A DNA stretch of 64,000 nt from a bacterium (lineage in GTDB: Bacteria; Electryoneota; Electryoneia; Electryoneales; Electryoneaceae): positions 1,664,001 through 1,728,000 of the forward strand of contig CAXXKJ010000002.1 of NCBI GenBank assembly GCA_963675295.2, read 5' to 3'. Below the pieces are notes generated by a model. That model did not search any database and was not told the DNA's origin. It saw only the letters and a program-made list of their open reading frames with translations. The first letter of the stretch is position 1; the number at the start of each line of letters is the position of its first letter. The position numbers and the translations under genes are program-made. This document shows positions 10,018 through 20,959 of this stretch, piece after piece.

Positions 10018-11043
10018 ATGTCCTTTTTCGGGCTGAAGGGTTTTCTCACCAGCGACATCGCGATGGATCTGGGCACGGCGAACACGCTTGTGTACGTCAA
10101 GGGCCAGGGGATCATTCTGCGCGAGCCGTCGGTGGTGGCAATTCGGAAAGATGACAACAAGGTGATGGCCATCGGGCGTGAAGCTCGTGAAATGTTGGGC
10201 AAGACGCATGGCCAGATCGAGGTAATTCGCCCGATGCGGCACGGTGTGATCGACGACGACGAGGTCGCGGAGATCATGATCCGGTCGTTTTTGCGGCGTG
10301 TGGTGAAGAACCGGTTGATTCGTCCGCGGGCGATTGTGTGTGTCCCGTCCGGCGTGACGAAATCAGAGAAGCGCATCATCCGGGACGCGGCGGAACACGC
10401 GGGTTGCCGTGAGGTGCATCTGATCGCCGAACCGATGGCGGCGGCGCTCGGTGTCGGGTTGCCGGTGCAGGAGGCGGTCGGGTCGATGGTGATTGACATC
10501 GGCGGTGGCACGACGGAGATCGCGATTATTTCGCTGAGCGGGATTGTGAACGACACGTCGATCCGTGTTGGCGGCGACGAAATGGACGATACGATTGTCC
10601 AGTTCATGCGCCGCAACTACAACCTGCTGATCGGTGACCGGATGGCGGAAGAGATCAAGCAGAAGGTCGGGTCGGCGGTTCCGTTGGAGCAGGAACTGTC
10701 AATGATCGCGAAGGGCCGTGACCTGGTCGCCGGCATTCCGAAGGCAATCGAGATCAACTCTGTGGAGATCCGGGAAGCGATCGCGGAACCGGTCGGGCAG
10801 ATTGTGGACGCCGTCAAGCTGGCGCTCGAGCGCACCCCGCCGATGTTGTCGGCGGATATCCGTGACCGTGGGATCATTCTGACCGGCGGCGGCGCGTTGC
10901 TGCGTGGGCTCGATCAGCGGCTGCGTGACGAGACCAGCCTGCCGATCAACCTCGCGGAAGATCCGTTGACCTGTGTCGTGCGTGGGACCGGCGTCGTATT
11001 GGATCACATCGAAAAACACGAAGCAGTGTTGTTGAAGAGTTAG
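10018..11043 (+). CDS. mreB: Rod shape-determining protein MreB
   Basis: 'DLGTANT', 'IAEPMAAALG', 'DIGGGTTE', 'LTGGGALL' actin-fold motifs; first gene of mre operon. Confidence 0.97.
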   Translation: MSFFGLKGFLTSDIAMDLGTANTLVYVKGQGIILREPSVVAIRKDDNKVMAIGREAREMLGKTHGQIEVIRPMRHGVIDDDEVAEIMIRSFLRRVVKNRLIRPRAIVCVPSGVTKSEKRIIRDAAEHAGCREVHLIAEPMAAALGVGLPVQEAVGSMVIDIGGGTTEIAIISLSGIVNDTSIRVGGDEMDDTIVQFMRRNYNLLIGDRMAEEIKQKVGSAVPLEQELSMIAKGRDLVAGIPKAIEINSVEIREAIAEPVGQIVDAVKLALERTPPMLSADIRDRGIILTGGGALLRGLDQRLRDETSLPINLAEDPLTCVVRGTGVVLDHIEKHEAVLLKS

Positions 11044-11072
11044 GCTGCGGGCTGCGGACTTACGGACTGCTG

Positions 11073-11137
11073 TTTGGGGACACTTTGTCCTCAAAGTGTC
11101 CCCAAATTGCCGGGACACTTAGCGGAGTAAGTGTCCC
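11073..11137. repeat. Two tandem REP-like palindromes sharing GGGACACTT...AAGTGTCCC
   Basis: 15 bp perfect stem 11073-11087/11092-11106 and 10 bp perfect stem 11112-11121/11128-11137. Confidence 0.75.
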
Positions 11138-11206
11138 TTGTTCTTTGAGCCCAGAGCCCGAGGCCCGTTGTAGCATTTAATCCATTCCTCTTTCTCAAAA
11201 GTCTGC

Positions 11207-12061
11207 ATGCGACTTTTTGCCCTTCTTGACCGTCTCCGTGACTGGGTGGCGCTGCTGGTTGTGCTGATTGTGTCGATGATCACGATGAGTGCGTCCGACC
11301 ATCCCTCTGCGGAAACCTTCCGCCATTCGATCGGGCGTCCCCTCGAATTGCTGGCCTCTCCGGTGTCGGCGTTGATACGAGCGACGACGTTGTGGAAAGA
11401 GAACGCCGAGTTACGTGCCGAATTGATCACGATGAGCATGGAGCGCAACCAGTACCGCGATGCGTTGCTGGAAAATTCACGGCTGCGCCGGTTGCTTGGC
11501 TTCCGGGACCGTCCGGAGTTCAAATACCTCGCGGCGGAGGTGGTGGCGCGCGATCCGAATCCGGCGTTCAGCAGCCTGACGTTGGACAAGGGACGGTATG
11601 ACGGCGTTGTCGTCGGGCAGGCAGTGGTGACCTCGGGCGGACTGGCGGGCGTGGTGCACCGGGCTGGTCCGAGCAGTTCGACGGTCCTGCTCGCGACGGA
11701 CCGCAACTTCGCCGTCAGCGCGCGAGTGGAACGGACACGTGTGGACGGCATCGTGCGCTGGTCAGGCGGTTACCAGTTGCAACTCACCGAAGTTCCGCGC
11801 AACCTGGACGTCAAAGCCGGCGACCGGATTGTCACCTCCGGCTTGGGCGGCCTGATTCCCGGCGGGATACCCATCGGCCTGGTGGAAGAGGTGAAGCTCG
11901 ACGACCCGTTGTTTATGGAGGTCAGCGTCGATCCGTACGTGCCGTACGCCCGCCTGGAAGAGGTGTTTGTGCTGATTCCGCGCTGGCCGCTGACTGGCAC
12001 CGGTGACGACAGCACGGCGGCTGCCGACTCTCTCGCCGCCACGGCGGGAGGTGAGCGATGA
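11207..12061 (+). CDS. mreC: Rod shape-determining protein MreC
   Basis: N-terminal TM, coiled coil 'ENAELR...ENSRLRRLL', 'GDRIVTSGLGGLIPGGIPIG'; synteny. Confidence 0.95.
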   Translation: MRLFALLDRLRDWVALLVVLIVSMITMSASDHPSAETFRHSIGRPLELLASPVSALIRATTLWKENAELRAELITMSMERNQYRDALLENSRLRRLLGFRDRPEFKYLAAEVVARDPNPAFSSLTLDKGRYDGVVVGQAVVTSGGLAGVVHRAGPSSSTVLLATDRNFAVSARVERTRVDGIVRWSGGYQLQLTEVPRNLDVKAGDRIVTSGLGGLIPGGIPIGLVEEVKLDDPLFMEVSVDPYVPYARLEEVFVLIPRWPLTGTGDDSTAAADSLAATAGGER

Positions 12062-12546
12062 GACGCGGGCCGATGTACATCATCATGGGGATCGCGTTGC
12101 TGCTGCAGGTTACGCTGGTCCCGTACGCCGGCACCGAGACGATCCGTCCGAACCTGCCGTTGCTGATTCTGATCGTGATCGCAGTGCGCATGGGCGCGTT
12201 GGAAGCGGTGATCTGGGGGGCGGTGGTTGGGTATGTGATGGGTTTGATCTCGTCCGAACCGCTGGGCATGTCGGCGTTTATCCTCGCGTTGGCCGGATTT
12301 ACGGTCGGCAAGGCGTTCGCGAGTGACGTGATGCCGCCGTTGCATTTGTGGGCGTCCGCCAGTGGCGCGGGGGTGATGATCGCCGCGCTGTCGTGGTCGG
12401 CGTTGTATTCGATGGGAACCCTCGCCCCGGTCGGGGTGGTGTTCCTGAAGCAAGCGATACCCTCGGCGTTTTACACGTGGGCGCTTGGCATGTTGTGGGC
12501 GATCAGCCCGTTGTACGCGAGACGTGGCAGGGTTCATCTTGACTGA
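12058..12546 (+). CDS. mreD: Rod shape-determining protein MreD
   Basis: Hydrophobic 162 aa protein with 'PNLPLL' motif between mreC and mrdA. Confidence 0.9.
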   Translation: MRRGPMYIIMGIALLLQVTLVPYAGTETIRPNLPLLILIVIAVRMGALEAVIWGAVVGYVMGLISSEPLGMSAFILALAGFTVGKAFASDVMPPLHLWASASGAGVMIAALSWSALYSMGTLAPVGVVFLKQAIPSAFYTWALGMLWAISPLYARRGRVHLD

Positions 12547-14413
12547 GCGGACGAAAGCAAGCGTGCGGTTTGACCCGAACCGGTTGAACGCGCTAATTCT
12601 GGTGGCGGTGTTGCTGTGCCTCGTCCTGCTGTTTCGTCTCGCCCGCCTGCAGTTGGTTCAGTCCGATCTCTACCTGCGCCAATCCCAGACCAACCGTGTC
12701 CGCGTGATGGAGCAGCCGCCGTTGCGTGGCCTGATGCTCGACCGTCACGGTCGCTTGTTGGTCGACAACTACCCTTCCTACACGTTGATGGGCATTCCGC
12801 GTGTCATCCAGCAGAATCCGGACACTCGCGACACGTTGCTCGCCATCACGGGCATTGACAGCGTCGAATTCGAGAAGCGGCTGAACAAGATTCCCGGGAA
12901 CTGGTATACGCCGGTTCGCCTGTTACGCGACGTCCCGTTCGAAATGATGGCGGCGATTGAGGAACGGCGGGCACGCATCCCGGGCGTGCACTTTCGCGTT
13001 GAGGTGAAACGGGCGTATCCGAACCCGATCGCGTCGCACACCCTGGGTCACATCGGCGAGCTGAAGATCGAGCGCAAGGACGAGTTCCCCAACTTCCAGG
13101 AGGGGGATATCGTTGGCCTGGCGGGCCTCGAGCAGCAGTGGAACACGGTGCTTACCGGGCAGCGTGGGTACGAATATCTCGAGGTGGACGCCAAGGGCCG
13201 GATCATTGGCCCACTCCCCGGGATGGAGTCGCAGGATCCGTCGCCCGGGTCCGACCTGATCCTGACGATTGACCTTGAGCTGCAACAGACCGCAGAACAA
13301 TTGCTGGAAGGCAAGGCCGGGTCGGCGGTGTGCATCGAACCGAAAACCGGCGAAGTGCTGGTACTGGCCTCGGTGCCGGATTACCCGCCGGAAACGTTCG
13401 CGGGTACGTTGAGTCCCGCCGAGTGGCAGGCGTTGCAGGACGATCCGATGAAGCCGTTGATCCATCGCGCGGTGCAGGGGTCGTATCCGCCGGGGTCGAC
13501 GTTCAAGATGGGTGTACTCGCATCCGGGTTGGAGAGCGGGACAATCACGACCAGCTGGGAAGTCACCTGTGCGGGCGGGTATCAGTTGGGCCGCCGTTTC
13601 TTCCGTTGCTGGAATCACGGCGGGCACGGCGTTGTCGACCACCGGCTGTCGATTGAATCATCCTGTGACGTGTTTTATTACCTGCTCGGCCGGCAGATGG
13701 GGATCGAAACGTTCTACGAGTACATGAGCCGGTTCCCATTCGGTCAGAAAACCGGAATCGACCTGCCACATGAGAGCGCCGGCATCCTGCCAAGCCAGGA
13801 ATACCTGGACAGACGTTACGGCGGCGGTTGGACCGAGGGCCAGCTGTTCAACATCTCGATCGGGCAGGGCGATGTGCTGACAACGCCTTTGCAGTGCGCG
13901 ACCTTTGCCGCTTCGCTGGCAAACGGCGGCTGGTGGATCGAGCCACATCTGGTCAAGTATGTCAAGAATGGGGAATCCTACCAGCAGCCGGATCTGCCAT
14001 TGACGCGTCACGAAACGGGCTTCTCAGACGAGGTGATGAAACTGGTCCGGGATGACATGCTGGCGGTGACCGAGGGCCCGCGCGGGACAGCCCACTGGTT
14101 GCAGGATCCACGGCTACAGGTTGCAGGCAAGACCGGCACATCGCAGAACCCGCATGGCGAGGATCATGCGTTGTTCGTCGCGTTTGCCCCATTCGAGGAT
14201 CCGGAAATCGCGGTGGCGGTGGTGGTCGAGCATGGCGAGCACGGGTCAACGGCGGCCGCGCCGATCGCGTACAAACTGATTCGTAAATATTTCGGTCTGG
14301 ACGAAGAAACCTGGCAGCAGTACCGCTGGAGTGTGCTCCGGGAACGTGCGAACCGGGCTCGAGCGGACAGTCTCGCAGCAGCTCAGCAAGACAGCCTGGA
14401 GACGCTTGAATGA
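12539..14413 (+). CDS. mrdA: Penicillin-binding protein 2 (start uncertain: TTG 12539 or GTG 12563)
   Basis: 'RGLMLDRHG' dimerisation domain; SxxK 'PGSTFK', 'SCD', 'KTGT' transpeptidase motifs. Confidence 0.95.
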   Translation: MTERTKASVRFDPNRLNALILVAVLLCLVLLFRLARLQLVQSDLYLRQSQTNRVRVMEQPPLRGLMLDRHGRLLVDNYPSYTLMGIPRVIQQNPDTRDTLLAITGIDSVEFEKRLNKIPGNWYTPVRLLRDVPFEMMAAIEERRARIPGVHFRVEVKRAYPNPIASHTLGHIGELKIERKDEFPNFQEGDIVGLAGLEQQWNTVLTGQRGYEYLEVDAKGRIIGPLPGMESQDPSPGSDLILTIDLELQQTAEQLLEGKAGSAVCIEPKTGEVLVLASVPDYPPETFAGTLSPAEWQALQDDPMKPLIHRAVQGSYPPGSTFKMGVLASGLESGTITTSWEVTCAGGYQLGRRFFRCWNHGGHGVVDHRLSIESSCDVFYYLLGRQMGIETFYEYMSRFPFGQKTGIDLPHESAGILPSQEYLDRRYGGGWTEGQLFNISIGQGDVLTTPLQCATFAASLANGGWWIEPHLVKYVKNGESYQQPDLPLTRHETGFSDEVMKLVRDDMLAVTEGPRGTAHWLQDPRLQVAGKTGTSQNPHGEDHALFVAFAPFEDPEIAVAVVVEHGEHGSTAAAPIAYKLIRKYFGLDEETWQQYRWSVLRERANRARADSLAAAQQDSLETLE

Positions 14414-15615
14414 ACGCGCTGATCCGTCAAGACGAATGGTACATCCCGATCCTCACGCTGATCCTGCTGGCGATGGGGCTGACGGCGGTGTACAGCGCGT
14501 CGATCAGCACCGACTCGACGCTGTTCATCCGGCAATTGATCTACGTCGGCGTGGGCATCGTGTTGTTTGCGGTGTCGGCGTTCCTGCCGGAGCGGCTGCT
14601 GTTCGCGTTTACCTTCATTATCTATGGCGTGGTGCTGTTGATGCTGGTTGTGGTGCTGTTTATCGGCACCGGACCCACTGGCCGCTGGATCGGGGTGGGA
14701 GCGTTCCACATCCAACCCTCCGAGCTGGCGAAGCTGGGCATCATCATCGTGGTTGCCAACCTGCTCAGCGACAAACGCTTCGACTTGTCGCAATGGAAAT
14801 ATGTCGTACTGCTCGCCCTCGTTTCGGGGCTGCCGTTCGTGCTCATCCTGCTCGAGCCGGATCTTGGCACTTCACTTGTAATTCCGGTGATTGTCGGAGT
14901 GATGGCCTACTGGGCGGGATTGCCGCTGCTGGTGCTGGTGATTGTCAGCAGCCCGCTGGCGGTGATGCTGGCGAGCACGAATCCGTACACGTTAACCGTG
15001 ATCATCGGTCTGCTGATTCTGTTCGCGTATTGGTCGGGAATCCGCATCAGCCTCGCGGTGGTGTGGGGGATTATCGTTGGCGCGGCGGGTTCGCTGGCGC
15101 CGGTGATGTTGAACAAGCTGCAACCGTACCAGCGTGCGCGTTTGACCGCGTTCCTCGATCCGGAAGCGGACCCCTTGGGAGCAGGTTACCAGTTGATTCA
15201 GTCCAAGGTGGCGATCGGATCGGGCCGGTTCTGGGGCAAGGGGTTGCTCGAGGGCAGCCAGACCCAGGGTGGATTCCTGCCGGAACAGCACACCGACTTC
15301 ATTTTCTCGGTGATCGGGGAGGAGCTGGGGTTTGTCGGTGCGGCGATTGGCGTGATCCTGTTCTGGGTGTTGATTGTGCGCATGCTGTGGTTGGCTCGCC
15401 GGGTGGAATCGCCGTTCGCAAGATTGATCCTGGTGGGTGTGGCGACGATGTTTTCGTTCCAGGTGCTGGTCAACATCGGGATGGTGACCGGGATTATGCC
15501 GGTAACCGGGCTGCCCTTGCCGTTGTTCAGCTATGGCGGGTCGAGTATGATGACCTCGATGATCGCGCTCGGGCTGGTGACTGGACTAGCCTCGCGGAGA
15601 CGAGGCCACGGTTGA
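14410..15615 (+). CDS. rodA: Peptidoglycan polymerase RodA (SEDS family)
   Basis: 'QPSELAK', 'PEQHTDFIFS', 'PVTGLPLPLFSYGGSS'; follows mrdA. Confidence 0.96.
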   Translation: MNALIRQDEWYIPILTLILLAMGLTAVYSASISTDSTLFIRQLIYVGVGIVLFAVSAFLPERLLFAFTFIIYGVVLLMLVVVLFIGTGPTGRWIGVGAFHIQPSELAKLGIIIVVANLLSDKRFDLSQWKYVVLLALVSGLPFVLILLEPDLGTSLVIPVIVGVMAYWAGLPLLVLVIVSSPLAVMLASTNPYTLTVIIGLLILFAYWSGIRISLAVVWGIIVGAAGSLAPVMLNKLQPYQRARLTAFLDPEADPLGAGYQLIQSKVAIGSGRFWGKGLLEGSQTQGGFLPEQHTDFIFSVIGEELGFVGAAIGVILFWVLIVRMLWLARRVESPFARLILVGVATMFSFQVLVNIGMVTGIMPVTGLPLPLFSYGGSSMMTSMIALGLVTGLASRRRGHG

Positions 15616-15925
15616 ACGCCGGGCGAGCAACCCGTATCTCTTACCAGATTCAGACAGCGATTTGCTGAGTCATGAGGGAGACCGTTCAAGGGGAATCGCG
15701 GTGGACGATTGGGTCAATTCGCCTCCGTGCTTACACGACGCTAACAGATTCCTAACACAGCGGCGATAGACTCGCAGCGCCGGATTCAGCCAACGAATCC
15801 ACTGTGTGCAGGACTGGATTGCAGCCAGGCGGCGCGGATGCTGAACGTACGCGCCGCGGACGTCAACAACAGCTTTTCTTCTCGGCACTGCTTCAACGCC
15901 ACAGACGGAAGAATACGGCCAATTC

Positions 15926-17227
15926 ATGGATTTCTTCTACCCGTTCTTCTTTGGTGATGTTGTTCCCGCCAACGCCGACGTGTTCGTATACCTCGGATTA
16001 TTCGCCGTTGTCTTCGCCGGGTACATGGCGTGGATGATTGGCTCGAACGATGTGGCCAATGCGATGGCGACGTCGGTCGGTTCCAAGGCATTGACCTACA
16101 AGCAGGCCGTGGTTACCGCGGCGATTGCGGACTTCCTCGGCGCGGTTCTCGCGGGTGGAACGGTTACGGATACCGTACGAAAGGGTATTGTTAATTCGGA
16201 CGTGTTCGCCAGCGATCCGAATCTCCTGATTATCGGGATGATTGCGGCGATGCTTTCTGCCGGAATCTGGTTGCATTTGGCGACGAATCTTGGTTTGCCG
16301 GTGTCGACGACGCACTCGATTGTCGGTGCGATTGTCGGGTTCGGGCTGCTGTTGTACGGTGGTCACGCGGTGAACTGGGCGAAGGTTGGCAGCATTGTCG
16401 CGTCGTGGGTGTTGTCGCCGTTTGGTGGCGGTCTGATGGCGATGGGAGTGTTCATTTTCATCCAGAAAGTGATTCTCACCGCCGGCAATCCAATCAAACG
16501 AATGCGCATTTACGGCCCGATGCTCGGTGGTTTCACCATCGGCATGCTGGTCCTTTCCGGGATCTGGAAGGGCTTTGCGAAAATGCAGTTCATGCAGAGC
16601 ATTGACTGGACTCCTATCAAGCTGATCCTTGTCGCGCTGGCCGCGGCAATTGTCGGTTACTTCATCCTCACCGTGCTGGTGCGCCGTTTTGTGCCGGAAA
16701 ACCATCCGGACCTGTCGGGCATCGAGCGCATCTTCATCATTCTGCAGGTGATCACCGCGACGTACGTCGCCTTCTCCCATGGTGCCAACGACGTCGCCAA
16801 CGCCATTGGCCCACTCGCGGCGGTGCTCAGCACGATCCAGACTGGCCAGGTCGCGGCGGGTGTGCCGGTTCCGATGTGGGTGCTGGTCTTCGGTGGTGCG
16901 GGCATTGCGCTCGGCCTGTCGTTGCACGGCTTCAAGGTGATGCGCACCGTCGGCGAGAAGATCACGGAGATTACGCCATCCCGTGGCTTCGCCGCCGAAC
17001 TCAGCGCGGCAACCGTGGTGACACTGTTCTCCAAGCTGGGCATGCCGGTGTCGACGACTCACACGCTCGTCGGCGCGGTGCTCGGGATTGGTATCGTTTC
17101 GGGCTCGGGTGGCTTGAACCTCGGCGTGGTGCGCAACATCGCGTTTTCGTGGATCCTCACGTTGCCGGTCGCCGGCTTGCTGTGTGTGGCGATCTTCTGG
17201 ATCCTGCGTACCGTGATGGGATTTTGA
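15926..17227 (+). CDS. pit: Inorganic phosphate transporter, PiT family
   Basis: Duplicated signatures 'GSNDVANAM'/'HGANDVANA' and 'PVSTTH'. Confidence 0.95.
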   Translation: MDFFYPFFFGDVVPANADVFVYLGLFAVVFAGYMAWMIGSNDVANAMATSVGSKALTYKQAVVTAAIADFLGAVLAGGTVTDTVRKGIVNSDVFASDPNLLIIGMIAAMLSAGIWLHLATNLGLPVSTTHSIVGAIVGFGLLLYGGHAVNWAKVGSIVASWVLSPFGGGLMAMGVFIFIQKVILTAGNPIKRMRIYGPMLGGFTIGMLVLSGIWKGFAKMQFMQSIDWTPIKLILVALAAAIVGYFILTVLVRRFVPENHPDLSGIERIFIILQVITATYVAFSHGANDVANAIGPLAAVLSTIQTGQVAAGVPVPMWVLVFGGAGIALGLSLHGFKVMRTVGEKITEITPSRGFAAELSAATVVTLFSKLGMPVSTTHTLVGAVLGIGIVSGSGGLNLGVVRNIAFSWILTLPVAGLLCVAIFWILRTVMGF

Positions 17228-17358
17228 TCGATCTCAACCCCGCTTGTATCATCTCCGCAAAACTTGAACCTTCCGGGTTGCGAACGTAGGTTACCCGCTC
17301 GCTTGCCGTATGTCGTATTTTCTACATTCGGCGACTACATCCACTTGCAGGTTAGATC

Positions 17359-17910
17359 ATGGCTCAGAACAAGCCCGTACGCCGGGCGACAACCGTACTG
17401 GCGGTTCGTCACGGACGAACCAGCGCCATTGGCGCGGACGGTCAGGTCAGTTTCGACGACACGATTCTCAAGGCGACAGCGTCCAAATTGCGCACCCTCG
17501 GCGACGGCAAGGTTGCGGTCGGATTCGCGGGCGGTGTCGCGGACGCGCTGACCCTGTTCGACCGCTTCGACGAGAAGTTGCGCGCGTACCCGAAAGAAAT
17601 CCGTCGCGCTGCGGTGGAGCTGGCGAAGGACTGGCGTACCGATCGTGCGCTACGCCGGCTGGAGGCGATGCTGGTCGCGGCGACGAAAAAGGAGCTGTTC
17701 CTCATCAGCGGACAGGGCGACGTGATCGAGCCGGATGATGGCGTGCTTGCCGTCGGAAGCGGTGGTGCGTACGCGACCGCCGCCGCGCGGGCGTTGATCC
17801 GCCACGGCAACAGCAAGATGACGGCGGAGGAGATCGTGCGTGAATCACTGCAGATCGCGTCCGAGATTTGTGTCTTTACCAACGATCAGATCGAGGTAAT
17901 CAACCTATGA
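17359..17910 (+). CDS. hslV: ATP-dependent protease subunit HslV
   Basis: 'TTVLAV...ADGQVS', 'GFAGGVADA', '[14 protein letters not shown]', 'GSGG'. Confidence 0.97.
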   Translation: MAQNKPVRRATTVLAVRHGRTSAIGADGQVSFDDTILKATASKLRTLGDGKVAVGFAGGVADALTLFDRFDEKLRAYPKEIRRAAVELAKDWRTDRALRRLEAMLVAATKKELFLISGQGDVIEPDDGVLAVGSGGAYATAAARALIRHGNSKMTAEEIVRESLQIASEICVFTNDQIEVINL

Positions 17911-19382
17911 AGCCCCTGCTCGAACTCACACCGCGGCAGATTGTCCGCGAGCTGGATGAATACGTCATCGGCCAGAAAGATGCCAAGCGCGCGGTCGCAA
18001 TTGCGTTGCGCAACCGCTACCGCCGCAAGCGTGTCGAAGGCGAGATGCGCGAGGAAATCCTCCCGAACAACATCCTGATGATCGGGCCGACCGGTGTCGG
18101 GAAGACAGAGATCGCCCGCCGGCTCGCACGCCTGGCCGGTGCGCCGTTCATCAAGGTCGAGGCGAGCAAGTACACTGAGGTCGGGTATGTTGGCCGCGAC
18201 GTCGAGGGCATGGTCCGTGACCTGGCGGAGACGGCTGTCTCGATGGTGCGCGAGGAGTTCAGCGACCAGGTGCAGCAGGCCGCGGCACAGCGTGTCGAGG
18301 AGAAATTGCTCGATTTGCTGATCCCGCCACCACCGAAGATCAAGAAGCAGGGACGATCCTCCGGATCAATCACCTCCATGCTGGAAGCGGCGTTCAACAC
18401 GGACGATGACGACGACAGTATCAGCGAACCGGAAGTTACCGAGGACGAGATTATCGAAGAGGAGGACAGCGGTCCGGATCCGAAGCAGGAACGCTACCTC
18501 CGCACGCGCGAGAAATTCTGCCAACGCCTGCGCGACGGCAAACTGGACGAGTCCGAGGTCGAGATCAAGTTGCAGGATCGCGGCGGCGGCATGGTGCAGG
18601 TGTTCGGCCCGATGGGGCTGGAAGAGATGGGGATGAACCTGCAGGAAATGCTGGGTCCGATGATGCCGCGGAAGAAGAAATCCCGGCGTCTCCCCGTCAA
18701 CCAGGCTCGCGAGCTGTTACTGAACGAAGAGATCGAGCGTCTGCTTGATATGGATGCCGTGGTCACCGAAGCCCTCGACCGGGTGGAGGAGATGGGCATC
18801 ATCATTGTCGATGAAATTGACAAGATCGTCGGTCCGGACGAAGGCGGCGGTTCCGGTCCCGATGTCAGCCGCGAGGGTGTGCAACGTGACATCCTGCCGA
18901 TCGTCGAAGGCACGCGGGTGATGACCAAATACGGGCCGATTCAGACCGAACACATCCTGTTCATCGCGGCGGGAGCGTTCCACGTTTCGAAGCCGTCCGA
19001 CCTGATTCCGGAGCTGCAGGGACGGTTCCCGATCCGGGTCGAGCTGGACGCGCTCGGCAAGAAGGAATTTGTCCGCATCCTGACCCAGCCGCGTAATGCG
19101 CTGGTCAAGCAGTACCAAGCCCTGCTGGCGGCGGATGGTGTCGAATTGGAGTTCGACAAGTCGGCGCTGAGCGCCATCGCGGACATCGCGGAGCAGTTGA
19201 ACGAAACCACGGAAAACATTGGCGCGCGGCGATTGCATACCGTGATGTCAACCTTGTTGGAAGAGTTGATGTTCAAGATTCCGTCGCCGAAGATCAAGCA
19301 GGTGACGTTCACGCGGCAGGACGTCAAGGATATACTCGACGACCTGATCGAAGACGAAGACCTGTCGCGGTACATTCTGTAA
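17907..19382 (+). CDS. hslU: ATP-dependent protease ATPase subunit HslU
   Basis: 'TPRQIV', Walker A 'GPTGVGKT', 'GYVG', 'DEIDK', C-terminal 'DLSRYIL'; ATGA overlap with hslV. Confidence 0.97.
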   Translation: MKPLLELTPRQIVRELDEYVIGQKDAKRAVAIALRNRYRRKRVEGEMREEILPNNILMIGPTGVGKTEIARRLARLAGAPFIKVEASKYTEVGYVGRDVEGMVRDLAETAVSMVREEFSDQVQQAAAQRVEEKLLDLLIPPPPKIKKQGRSSGSITSMLEAAFNTDDDDDSISEPEVTEDEIIEEEDSGPDPKQERYLRTREKFCQRLRDGKLDESEVEIKLQDRGGGMVQVFGPMGLEEMGMNLQEMLGPMMPRKKKSRRLPVNQARELLLNEEIERLLDMDAVVTEALDRVEEMGIIIVDEIDKIVGPDEGGGSGPDVSREGVQRDILPIVEGTRVMTKYGPIQTEHILFIAAGAFHVSKPSDLIPELQGRFPIRVELDALGKKEFVRILTQPRNALVKQYQALLAADGVELEFDKSALSAIADIAEQLNETTENIGARRLHTVMSTLLEELMFKIPSPKIKQVTFTRQDVKDILDDLIEDEDLSRYIL

Positions 19383-19624
19383 GCCGTTCATTTTGTTGAA
19401 CAGAGGGGAATGAACGTTCTCAATGCCCGGAGTCGTGGGAGCCGGTTGGATCGCGAAAAACAGCGCAGGTTTGTACGGATTACGCTCCGTATGTCAAGTG
19501 ATAAACCGGCAAAGTGATATATAAGAATGCGTCAAATCTGCTAAAAAACACGAAATACTACTCGTTGAACGAGGAATAGTGCAGTAGAATTCGGTGATTT
19601 GTGTCACGCTGTCAGATTTTTGTC

Positions 19625-19653
19625 TTGACAGGCCGGATTGGGCTCAGTACCTT
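19625..19653 (+). promoter_or_regulatory. Putative sigma70-type promoter of the M23 gene
   Basis: TTGACA-17 nt-TACCTT. Confidence 0.5.
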
Positions 19654-19774
19654 GTTTTCAGGGAGCGGCGCGTGTAGTTTTGCGGTTGGGAGACCGCAGC
19701 CAGCCGGCTTGGAACCCTGGGCGAAGAATTTCGTGATGTAGAACTGTTGCGAAAAGGAGTCTGTTCGCGTTCAT

Positions 19775-20749
19775 TTGGTGAGATTGGACGCAGCTTCCAC
19801 TCAAGCAAAGGAAGACGGTTTGAAGAAACCGTACAACAAACGCCGGTACCACCTGCTGATACAACAGGCAGGATCCAGTTCCCTTGAACAGCTCGAGATT
19901 CAGAGCGGGCTGGTCAAGTTGGGATTGGCGGCACTGGTCGTGTTCATCCTCGGTGCGGTCGCAGGGGGTGCGTACCTGTTCGGCGAGATGCATGCTCGCA
20001 GCCGGATGGGGCACTTGCAGGATGAAAATCAATTGCTCGCACACCAGCTGGACCAGGTGAAGGGCGAGCTGAATCAGGTGATCAGTTCGGTGGACTCACT
20101 TGTGGACCGTGAGCAGGGCTTGCGTCTGCGTGTTGACCTTCCACCGGTTGACGAAGACGTGCTCGAAGCTGGTATCGGTTCGTTGGTACCTCGTGAAACG
20201 GAAGTGATCGCGGATGCGCGTGTCGAGGATCTGCTGGTCGAACTCGACCATCTCGAGCGCCGGTTGTCGGTTACACGGCAGTCGTACGGCGAAATTCAGC
20301 AGAAGATCATTGACGACGAACAGCGGCTGCAGCACATTCCGTCGATCATGCCGATCCAGGAAGGTCGGTTGACGGACAACTTCGGCTATCGCCGTGATCC
20401 GTTTACCGGACGCCGGGCGTTCCACCATGGAGCGGACTTCAGCGCTCCGCGTGGCACGCCGGTGTATGTGACGGCGGATGGTGTGGTCAAGCGTGTGTAT
20501 AAGGCCCCGGGCTACGGCAACATGGTCGAGGTCGATCATGGGATGGGCTACACGACGGTGTACGGCCACCTGAAGCGAGCGCATGTGCGCAAGGGGCAGC
20601 AGGTCAAGCGTGGCGAGATGATCGCAGAAGTCGGCAACACAGGTCGTTCGACGGCGCCGCACCTGCACTACGAAGTCCGGATTGAAAACACGGCTGTCGA
20701 TCCGCTCGATTATTTCTACGAGGGGTACGCGTTGTGGTCTGGACGTTGA
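19775..20749 (+). CDS. M23 family peptidoglycan endopeptidase with TM and coiled coil (start uncertain, TTG 19820 also plausible)
   Basis: 'HHGAD', 'YGHL', 'GNTGRSTAPHLHYEV' LytM motifs. Confidence 0.93.
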   Translation: MVRLDAASTQAKEDGLKKPYNKRRYHLLIQQAGSSSLEQLEIQSGLVKLGLAALVVFILGAVAGGAYLFGEMHARSRMGHLQDENQLLAHQLDQVKGELNQVISSVDSLVDREQGLRLRVDLPPVDEDVLEAGIGSLVPRETEVIADARVEDLLVELDHLERRLSVTRQSYGEIQQKIIDDEQRLQHIPSIMPIQEGRLTDNFGYRRDPFTGRRAFHHGADFSAPRGTPVYVTADGVVKRVYKAPGYGNMVEVDHGMGYTTVYGHLKRAHVRKGQQVKRGEMIAEVGNTGRSTAPHLHYEVRIENTAVDPLDYFYEGYALWSGR

Positions 20750-20778
20750 CGTTGTCAGCGTTCCTGGATTGACTCTTC

Positions 20779-20803
20779 ACGGCCCCGGTTTCGGGGCCGT
20801 TTT
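20779..20803 (+). terminator. Rho-independent terminator
   Basis: ACGGCCCCG-GTTT-CGGGGCCGT followed by TTT. Confidence 0.75.
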
Positions 20804-20884
20804 GCTTTGGGTGCGATTCGGGATCCTGCAAATGGCTGCGGCTCCAGGAGTAGAAGGAGACGGTTGAGGATGAGGACAGCGATC

Positions 20885-20926
20885 TGTACATTTCAACGTA
20901 CAGGTACTCGTACTGATAGATGTACA
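20885..20926 (+). promoter_or_regulatory. Putative antitoxin operator array (TGTACA/GTAC cores)
   Basis: GTAC cores at 20886, 20898, 20904, 20910, 20922 immediately upstream of a Phd/YefM gene. Confidence 0.6.
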
Positions 20927-20959
20927 TTTTTATCCTGAAAATCATTGTTGAGAGAGCGA

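Noticed and set aside
18320-18500. Acidic low-complexity insertion in HslU
   Set aside because: The HslU I-domain is known to be length-variable; not distinctive.
19659-19722. Possible tRNA/ncRNA upstream of the M23 gene
   Set aside because: Has a GCGGTT/GACCGC hairpin but no cloverleaf, T-loop or CCA; at most a structured 5' UTR.
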